Assembly: GCA_002344005.1 (NCBI GenBank)
Contig: DDTD01000098.1
Location: 18,432-82,431, forward strand
Reading direction: 5' to 3'
DNA: 64,000 nucleotides
Source: Ignavibacteria bacterium UBA2373
GTDB taxonomy: Bacteria > Bacteroidota > Ignavibacteria > Kapaibacteriales > UBA961
The translations under genes were made by a program, and so were the position numbers. Position 1 is the stretch's first letter. Every line of letters begins with the position of its first letter. The notes beneath the pieces were generated by a model that had not been told where the DNA came from, searched no databases, and was given only the letters and a program-made list of their open reading frames with translations. This document shows positions 39,582 to 46,600 of the stretch, piece after piece.

Positions 39582-40601
39582 TTATCTGCACGCTTCCTTA
39601 ATTAACGCCGCTGCTTCTTTATGACCTAACTCCTTTGCTTTTTGTAAATCTGCACAAGCTAATGTTTCTTTCCCATCTTGTCCATATAGCAGTGCTCGAT
39701 TAAAGTATGCCTTGGAATCTTGCGGATTAAGTTCGATTGCTTTGCTATAATCCGCAATGGCACCATTGCTATCTCTTAAATCTTTTTTTACTATACCACG
39801 ATTATAATATGCCTTGGCATATTGAGGATTAAATTCTATCGCTTTTGTCCAATCTGCAATGGCTCCATTTTTATCACCTAAACTATATTTAGCAACACCA
39901 CGATTAAAATATGAGTCCGCAAACTGAGGATTAAATTCTATGGCTTTCGTATAATCGGCTATCGCGGCATTTTTGTCGCCCAAATCATCTTTAGCTACAC
40001 CACGATTATAATATGCAATGGCATCTCGAGGATTAAGTTCTATTGCTTTAGTATAATCGAAAATTGCGCCTTCTTTATCGCCTAAATCATCTTTAGCTAC
40101 ACCACGATTATAATATGCCTTAGTATCTTGAGGATTAAGTTCTATCGCCTTCGTATAATCTGCAATTGCACCCTTCTTATTTCCTAAAGCTGATTTAGCA
40201 TTGCCACGATTATAATATGCCTCAGCATATTGAGGATTAAGTTCTATCGCCTTTGTCCAATCTGCAATAGCTCCATATTTATCACCTAAAGCGGATTTAG
40301 CAAGACCACGATTAGAATATGCCTCAGCAAGTTGTGGATTAAGCTCAATCGCCTTCGTATAATCAGTTATGGCGCCATTTTTATCATCTAAATCTGATTT
40401 AGCAGTCCCACGATTATTATATGCAGCAGCATATTGAGGATTAAGTTCTATCGCTTTGCTAAAATCGTCAAGGGCTTCTTTAAGCAAACCTTTCTGGACT
40501 TTTGCAAGACCTGCTGTAAAATAACTTTCGGCGGTTTGGGCTGTGGCGCTCATCACCGCGGCAATACACACGACAAAAAAAACGATTACTCTCTTTTTCA
40601 T
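39582..40601 (-). CDS. Secreted tetratricopeptide-repeat protein (9 consecutive TPRs)
   Basis: Signal peptide MKKRVIVFFVVCIAAVMSATAQ then repeated AxxYxNRGxAKxxLGDxxGAIxDYTKAIELNPQ units. Confidence 0.8.
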   Translation of the reverse strand: MKKRVIVFFVVCIAAVMSATAQTAESYFTAGLAKVQKGLLKEALDDFSKAIELNPQYAAAYNNRGTAKSDLDDKNGAITDYTKAIELNPQLAEAYSNRGLAKSALGDKYGAIADWTKAIELNPQYAEAYYNRGNAKSALGNKKGAIADYTKAIELNPQDTKAYYNRGVAKDDLGDKEGAIFDYTKAIELNPRDAIAYYNRGVAKDDLGDKNAAIADYTKAIEFNPQFADSYFNRGVAKYSLGDKNGAIADWTKAIEFNPQYAKAYYNRGIVKKDLRDSNGAIADYSKAIELNPQDSKAYFNRALLYGQDGKETLACADLQKAKELGHKEAAALIKEACR

Positions 40602-40665
40602 GAGGGCTTTTTGATTAATGGGTATTTAATATTTCTTCAAAAATATGAAATCTGTGATTCAATCA

Positions 40666-41589
40666 CTATTTCTTGCAGTTTTCTTCTATCATTACTTCCG
40701 CTTCTTTATGACCTAATTCACTTGCTTTTTGCAAATCAGCACAAGCTAATGTTTCCTTCCCTTCTTGTCCATATACGATAGCTCGATTATAATATGCCTC
40801 CGCGAATTGAGGATTAAATTCTATTGCCTTTGTAAAATCGAAAATGGCTCCTTTAGTATCACCTAATCTCGATTTAGCATATCCACGATTTAAATATGAC
40901 GATGCATCTTGGGGATTAAGTTCTATCGCTTTTGTGTAATCTGCAATGGCACCTTCTTTATCGCCTAAATTATTTTTAGCATATCCACGATTAGTATATG
41001 CCTCGGCAAATTGAGGATTAAGTTCTATCGCTTTAGTATAATCAGCAATAGCAGCATAGTTATCTCCTAAAGAGAACTTAGCAACACCACGATGAGTATA
41101 TACATCGGCAAGTTGAGGATTAAGTTCTATTGCTTTTGTATAATCAGCAATGGCTCCTTTAGTATCACCTAATTCTGATTTAACAATTCCACGAACAGCA
41201 TATACATCGGCACTTTGAGGATTAAGTTCTATTACTTTCGTAAAATCGTCTATTGCACTGTATTTATCTCCTAAAGAGAACTTAGCAAGACCACGATTAG
41301 TATATGCCTCGGCTAGTTGAGGATTAAGTTCTATTGCTTTGTTACAATCGGTAATAGCTCCATAGTTATCACCTAAAACATTCTTAGCATTGCCACGATT
41401 AGTATATGATGCCACGGCAGATTTAGGGTTAAGTTCTATTACTTTGGTAAAATCGGCAAGGGCTTCTTTATATAATCCTTTCTCGGCTTTTTCAAGACCT
41501 GCTGCAAAATAACTTTCGGCGGTTTGGGCTGTGGAGGTCATCACCGCGGCAATGAACACGACAAAAAAAACGATTACTATCTTCTTCAT
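40666..41589 (-). CDS. Secreted tetratricopeptide-repeat protein, tandem paralog of 39582..40601
   Basis: Same signal peptide (MKKIVIVFFVVFIAAVMTSTAQ) and TPR unit. Upstream region is also duplicated (40602..40680 resembles 41590..41660). Start moved to ATG 41589. Confidence 0.8.
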   Translation of the reverse strand: MKKIVIVFFVVFIAAVMTSTAQTAESYFAAGLEKAEKGLYKEALADFTKVIELNPKSAVASYTNRGNAKNVLGDNYGAITDCNKAIELNPQLAEAYTNRGLAKFSLGDKYSAIDDFTKVIELNPQSADVYAVRGIVKSELGDTKGAIADYTKAIELNPQLADVYTHRGVAKFSLGDNYAAIADYTKAIELNPQFAEAYTNRGYAKNNLGDKEGAIADYTKAIELNPQDASSYLNRGYAKSRLGDTKGAIFDFTKAIEFNPQFAEAYYNRAIVYGQEGKETLACADLQKASELGHKEAEVMIEENCKK

Positions 41590-41694
41590 AAAGACTTTTT
41601 GATTAATGGATACATAATATTTCTTCAAAAATAAGGAATCTGCCGTATTGCTGTTGGGATTTACCATCACGGCAGAGCTGTCAATGATTATGCG

Positions 41695-41745
41695 AAAAGG
41701 CGTCCACCCCGTCAGAATGCGTCTGCCACCACTCAAGAGCTGACA
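41695..41745. repeat. Third, diverged copy of the Y module
   Basis: cgtccaccccgtcagaatgcgtctgccaccactcaagagctgacat aligns with Y' at 30321..30360 (ccaNcccgtc...gtcNgccacc...tcaaga). Contains palindrome CAGA-atgcg-TCTG. Lies 45 bp upstream of the type ISP fragment. Confidence 0.45.
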
Positions 41746-41788
41746 TTACCCGAAGAATTTTGAGGATACCTTTGCACCGATAGATATA

Positions 41789-42235
41789 TTGGACTATATT
41801 TATGCAGTGTTACATTGTCTTACATACAGAGAGTTCTTGAAAATTGATTTTCCGAGAGTGCCATATCCGAAAGACAAAGCCACATTTGCGAAATTGGTAA
41901 AACTTGGCGGTCAAATCAGAGAAATCCATTTATTGGAAAGTGCTGTAGTAGAAAATTATATAACGCAATATCCGATAGACGGTAATAATATGGTGGGGAA
42001 AGTGAAATATCACGATGGCAAAGTATATATAAATGAAAGCCAATATTTTGACAATGTTCCGCTTATTGCTTGGGAATTTTATATAGGCGGCTATCAACCT
42101 GCGCAAAAATGGCTAAAAGACCGGAAAGACCGCACACTTGATTTTGACGATATTCTCCATTATCAAAAAATTATAGTTGCTTTGTCAGAAACCGACCGTT
42201 TGATGAAAGAAATAGACCGTATAGAGATAGAGTGA
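41789..42235 (+). pseudogene. Orphan C-terminal fragment of a type ISP restriction-modification enzyme / N6-adenine methyltransferase (C-terminal specificity-domain remnant)
   Basis: YIYAVLHCLTYREFLKIDFPRVPYPKDKATFAKLVKLGGQIREIHLLE resembles the conserved C-terminal domain of LlaGI/LlaBIII-type type ISP enzymes (YIYAVLHSP.YR.KY...LK.DFPRIP). Only ~148 codons are present, with no upstream helicase or methylase portion. Confidence 0.45.
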
Positions 42236-42338
42236 TGCACAGCCACCCTTCCCCATCGCTGACGGCGAAAAAAGCGTGGCTATCCCCTCACTTTGGCATG
42301 AAGTGTTTAATTTTGCAAAGATATTCAAGGAGACGACA

Positions 42339-43421
42339 ATGCTGAAAATAGATGTTCATGCGCATATCTTACCCCAAACATGGGATTCGCTCAAAGATAA
42401 ATATGGCTATGGCGGTTTTATCCAATTGCATCATCATCAGAAAGGGCGTGCGAAGATGATGCGCGATGATGGGACTTTTTTCCGTGAAATCGAGGAAAAT
42501 TGCTGGAATCCGACGGCAATATTGCATGATATGGATGCCCATAATGTGGATGTGATGGTGCTTTGTACCGTGCCCGTTTTGTTCAAATATTGGGCAAAGC
42601 CGGAACATACACTCGATTGGCATATCTTTTTGAATAATCATTTGGCGGAGGTGCAAAACTCCCATCCGCAACGCTTGGTGGGTTTGGGCACTATCCCCAT
42701 GCAAGACACAGATTTGGCAATCAAGGAATTGGAACGCTGCGTGAAGGATTGCGGTTTCCCCGGCATTCAAATCGGCTCTAATATCAATGGCAAAAATCTT
42801 GACCATCCCGACTTTTCCCCCATTTATCAGGCAGCGCAAGACCTCGGCGCATGTATTATGGTGCATCCTTGGGAAATGGCGGGAGCCAATCGTATGAAAC
42901 CCTATTTTATGGAATGGCTTGTGGGTATGCCCGCAGAGACCACTTTGTCCATTTGCTCGATGATATTTGGCGGCGTATTCGATCGCTTTCCTCGTTTGCG
43001 TGTATTATTTGCTCATGCGGGAGGTTCTTTTCCGTTTACTGTCGGACGCATCTCACATGGCTGGCATGCTCGCCCCGATTTGTGCGATATCCATCGCATC
43101 AATGATCCGCGCAGCTATGTGGACAAATTTTGGGTTGATGGCATCACCCATGATGATGATGCTTTGCGCTTTTTGTTGCAAGTAATGCCCTCACATAAAA
43201 TTGCCTATGGCACGGATTATCCTTTCCCTCTCGGCGATTTGGAGCATGGTAAGTTCATCGAACAAATGAGCGATTTGGATATTCTCACCAAAGAAGACCT
43301 TTTCCATCGCAGCGCACTGGGTTTTTTGGGATTGCCGGAACAACGCTTTCAACGTCGAAAAGCACAATCAGAGCAAGAAATTATTGCTGCACAGATTATG
43401 AGAACCTCGTCATTGAATTAA
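42339..43421 (+). CDS. 2-amino-3-carboxymuconate-6-semialdehyde decarboxylase (ACMSD; amidohydrolase_2 family)
   Basis: MLKIDVHAHILPQTWDSLKDKYGYGGFIQLHHHQKGRAKMMRDDGTFFREIEENCWNPTAILHDMDAHNVDVMVLCTVPVLFKYWAKPEHTLDW is nearly collinear with animal and bacterial ACMSD (MKIDIHSHILPKEWPDLKKRFGYGGWVQL...CWDP...VPVMFSYWAKPEDTL). Metal ligands His-x-His, His and Asp are conserved. Confidence 0.8.
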   Translation: MLKIDVHAHILPQTWDSLKDKYGYGGFIQLHHHQKGRAKMMRDDGTFFREIEENCWNPTAILHDMDAHNVDVMVLCTVPVLFKYWAKPEHTLDWHIFLNNHLAEVQNSHPQRLVGLGTIPMQDTDLAIKELERCVKDCGFPGIQIGSNINGKNLDHPDFSPIYQAAQDLGACIMVHPWEMAGANRMKPYFMEWLVGMPAETTLSICSMIFGGVFDRFPRLRVLFAHAGGSFPFTVGRISHGWHARPDLCDIHRINDPRSYVDKFWVDGITHDDDALRFLLQVMPSHKIAYGTDYPFPLGDLEHGKFIEQMSDLDILTKEDLFHRSALGFLGLPEQRFQRRKAQSEQEIIAAQIMRTSSLN

Positions 43422-43479
43422 TCGAATAATTCTTAATACGCTTTTTTACTATTTACCCATTCCTTCGAGATGGTAGTGC

Positions 43480-44151
43480 ATGAATGATTTTGCCGATAAT
43501 GAAAAAGAACTGATACTCTATTTGCAAAAAGGCGAATCAGCAGCATTGGAATATATTTATGACCATTATAGTGCTGCCCTTTATGGCATCATTGTAAAAA
43601 TTCTCAAAGGAAATAAAATTATTTCCGAAGATGTACTGCAAGAAACATTCATAAAAATTTGGACAAATAGAATCAAATACGATAGCTCAAAAGCTACGCT
43701 GTTTACGTGGATGCTGAATATTGCAAGAAATACTGCCATAGATACATTACGAAGTTCGGATTTTAATAGTCATTCAGTGAACCGTGTTTCCATAGATTCC
43801 GTACATATTGATGAGGAATTACATTCACCATCACCACAGTATGCTGAGGATATTATTCTAAAAGAGATATTGAATCAATTACCGCCGGAGCAAATACAAA
43901 TCATAGAACTTATGTATTATCAAGGATATACACAGACAGAAATAGCGACGCAGTATTCTATTCCGCTTGGCACGGTAAAATCACGTGCTCGATTGGCAAT
44001 TGAAACTCTAAGGAAAATACTTATCCATGACAGTAACATACTTTCCGGAACGTCTCCGCAATCATTTGCAGCGAAACAAACTCTCACTGCAATTATTGCA
44101 GTATTAACATCAGAAATAGTTGATATACCCACCTTGCAATCCACTCTTTAA
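43480..44151 (+). CDS. ECF-subfamily RNA polymerase sigma-70 factor
   Basis: Region 2 (YDHYSAALYGIIVKIL...ETFIKIW) and region 4 HTH (YYQGYTQTEIATQYSIPLGTVKSRARLAIETLRK). Confidence 0.8.
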   Translation: MNDFADNEKELILYLQKGESAALEYIYDHYSAALYGIIVKILKGNKIISEDVLQETFIKIWTNRIKYDSSKATLFTWMLNIARNTAIDTLRSSDFNSHSVNRVSIDSVHIDEELHSPSPQYAEDIILKEILNQLPPEQIQIIELMYYQGYTQTEIATQYSIPLGTVKSRARLAIETLRKILIHDSNILSGTSPQSFAAKQTLTAIIAVLTSEIVDIPTLQSTL

Positions 44152-44205
44152 ACAATAGTGGTATGCAAAGGTGTTCTCTTTCATAGAAAACATAATGACA
44201 TAACT

Positions 44206-45012
44206 ATGAATAGTACAATACATCCGGAAAATGAAGAACATAATCTCGAAGATGCTGCTGTCTATGCGCTTGGCGGAGCAGACATTGGCACGGAACAAGA
44301 GCAAATAAAAAAACATATCTCAGATGCCGAAGCTGTACTCGAAGCATTAGCGTCTGCACATGCTGTCAATCCTTCTCCATCATTAAGACCCCGATTACTT
44401 AATAAAATAATCGGCGGGAAACATTCATTTTCACAGATAATAACATTACAATCAAAAATAAAAAAATATCAACGTTACTCTATTGCCGCAAGTGTCATGT
44501 TCGCAATAACCGCTTCCGCAACACTCTATTACAAACAGTTGCATGATAATTCTAATGCAGCATTACACCTTGTCAAAGAAGAATTAGAAAAAACGAAAGA
44601 ATCGAGCTATGTGCTTGCAACAAAAGCCGATGTTTTAGACCAACGCATCCAATTAGTCACAAATCCTGATATTGTGGAAATATCTATGAAATCACCGAAG
44701 ACAGTGATAAGCCAACCATTACTTCGTACGTCAGTCTATTGGGATACAAAAGAAAATGCAGTGTTTTTGGAAGTCCAATCATTACCGGAAAACAATGATT
44801 CTACGGATTATCAACTGTGGGCAATTTCAGAAGGCAAGCCAAAAGATTTGGGGGTATTTCATTTCAAAAAATCACCATTTATTTTCAAAATGAAAAATAC
44901 CGATTCGGCAGATGCTTTTGCAATTACACTTGAAGAAAAAGGCGGAAAACCTTCGCCAACATTAGAAAATTTAACGGTACTCGGTACAGTATCATCACAA
45001 AATGGTGAATAA
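44206..45012 (+). CDS. Anti-sigma factor (RskA-like; N-terminal anti-sigma domain, single TM, periplasmic domain)
   Basis: Immediately downstream of the ECF sigma gene. AAVYALGGADIGTEQEQIKKHIS anti-sigma N-domain, TM segment YSIAASVMFAITASATLYY, C-terminal RskA-like domain (WAISEGKPKDLGVFHF...FAITLEEKGG). Confidence 0.6.
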   Translation: MNSTIHPENEEHNLEDAAVYALGGADIGTEQEQIKKHISDAEAVLEALASAHAVNPSPSLRPRLLNKIIGGKHSFSQIITLQSKIKKYQRYSIAASVMFAITASATLYYKQLHDNSNAALHLVKEELEKTKESSYVLATKADVLDQRIQLVTNPDIVEISMKSPKTVISQPLLRTSVYWDTKENAVFLEVQSLPENNDSTDYQLWAISEGKPKDLGVFHFKKSPFIFKMKNTDSADAFAITLEEKGGKPSPTLENLTVLGTVSSQNGE

Positions 45013-45016
45013 TCAT

Positions 45017-45055
45017 AAAAAAAAAGCCCTTGTTACAATGTTCCAAGGGCTTCAC
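45017..45055. terminator. Terminator between the anti-sigma gene (+) and the trHb-like lipoprotein gene (-)
   Basis: A9 run then GCCCTTG-ttacaatgttc-CAAGGGC hairpin. On the minus strand the hairpin is followed by U9. Confidence 0.6.
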
Positions 45056-45078
45056 ATTTACCTATTGATCTATCAAAT

Positions 45079-45660
45079 TTATTGCTGAACAATATCCGCT
45101 TTAGTGGTATTGAGCAAGGCAACTAAATCATTAACTAACTGAGCATTATTAGCGGCAGTCACGCCATTTTTTGCCAATCCTACTCCGATATTACCAACAA
45201 AGGCATCAAAATCCGCTGCTGTAATTTTCATTGGAATACGTGAATTTTTAGCAGGATCATGTGCTGCTTTCATATCCAAACCTGAATATGTGTATGTTTT
45301 TGACCCTGTAGCCAAACACATAAAATCAGTAAAATTTTTACTTAATCTACTTAAACCGGTAGTATTTCCCGCGCCTAATTCAGCAAAAAGAACAGGAAAA
45401 TATTTTGCCATTTTGGGATCTGCTGCAATAACAAGAATAGAGCTATCCACAACGCTTCGAAGCGTTAATCGCCCTTTTTCAATCATTGTTGCCGGATTTG
45501 ACGGATCGGACACCATAGTAATTCCCCCCACTCTGTCATAGAGTGATGGTGTGGGTGTCGGTGCAGGGGTTGAAGTCTCTTCAGAACACGAAGCAAAAAG
45601 GACTAACCCGATTATACAAGATGCAGCACTCAAGTGTGCACGTTTTAACGAAAATTGCAT
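45079..45660 (-). CDS. Exported lipoprotein with truncated-haemoglobin (group 1 trHb)-like globin domain
   Basis: Lipobox MQFSLKRAHLSAASCIIGLVLFASC. Then SLYDRVGG...F...A.G.KTYTYSGLDMKAAH...ITAADFDAFVGNIGVGLAKNGV, matching trHbN landmarks (LY[DE][RK][IL]GG; F..A.GGP..Y.G..M...H; F......L.GV). A ~25-aa insertion follows the GG motif. Start moved to ATG 45660. Confidence 0.45.
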   Translation of the reverse strand: MQFSLKRAHLSAASCIIGLVLFASCSEETSTPAPTPTPSLYDRVGGITMVSDPSNPATMIEKGRLTLRSVVDSSILVIAADPKMAKYFPVLFAELGAGNTTGLSRLSKNFTDFMCLATGSKTYTYSGLDMKAAHDPAKNSRIPMKITAADFDAFVGNIGVGLAKNGVTAANNAQLVNDLVALLNTTKADIVQQ

Positions 45661-45724
45661 CGCAATACTCCTAAAAAATTGAAAATAAACTATTAGTACA
45701 GATACTGAACTTTGATATTTGTCG

Positions 45725-46240
45725 CTATTGAAATACTCCATGAATGGTAGCCGATACCTTCCGATAAAAAGAAAGCTGGTCGGCATTTACCGGACAACTG
45801 CCTGCTGTTGTGGGTTGAACTATATATCTTTGAGCATACGTACTTTGAGAATAAAGCCCTGAGTTTTTAACCAAACGATAAACACATTCACTTACCCCCT
45901 CATCACTGCTCATATATTGATGCAATAAGTTTTCTCTCTTTCGATCATAGACATACACCAAAATATTATCGCGTGTGTTCATATATACTGCAATAATGCC
46001 GGGTAAATTTTTTACAAAGGACTGAATGGCTTGTTGTTCTTGTGCTGTAAGATTTCCGTTGAAATCAATCCTTGCTAACTGATGTGTTGTATTGACCGAT
46101 GTCTCATCAGGCAAAGTCACAAAGTAAATATGAACGCACAGTGTGATACATAATCCCAAGACAATGGTCGAAAGTGCAATAATGTAATGTTTCGCCTTAA
46201 TCTTGGGTGCCGCTTTTGGGTGTTGTTGCAAAGATTCCAT
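45725..46240 (-). CDS. Hypothetical membrane-anchored protein
   Basis: 171 aa with a single N-terminal TM helix (YIIALSTIVLGLCITLCVHIYFV). No recognisable domain. Confidence 0.3.
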   Translation of the reverse strand: MESLQQHPKAAPKIKAKHYIIALSTIVLGLCITLCVHIYFVTLPDETSVNTTHQLARIDFNGNLTAQEQQAIQSFVKNLPGIIAVYMNTRDNILVYVYDRKRENLLHQYMSSDEGVSECVYRLVKNSGLYSQSTYAQRYIVQPTTAGSCPVNADQLSFYRKVSATIHGVFQ

Positions 46241-46600
46241 AGTTCTTATAGACTTGTGAATGAAATGTGTTCAATGCCTATACATACGCATGATGCTCAT
46301 AATCAGATCAGTAAAGAATGTATGTTTCCATTCTTAGCATACAATTTTTACATTTTTGACTACCAAACATCAAGTGAGGGAACGAAGAAAAGGCGGATTT
46401 TTCTTATTCGAGAACAAGGTATATGGCCTACCGGAAAGACAGAACTCTTGTAGGACTAAACAAAACATGGCGACACATCCTGCAAAAAAAGTGCACTTTC
46501 CCCATGTATTATCAAAACATTATATTAGACACACACACTTAATATTGGCATAACGCTAAGGTAATAATAGCTCGGTAATTTTGCGACCAAGTTCAAACTA

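Noticed and set aside
46241-46600. Possible riboswitch (e.g. cobalamin) in the 360-bp leader of the TonB-dependent receptor gene
   Set aside because: No B12-box (GCCACTG-like) or other recognisable riboswitch core. Only a generic CCTAC...GTAGG hairpin is present.
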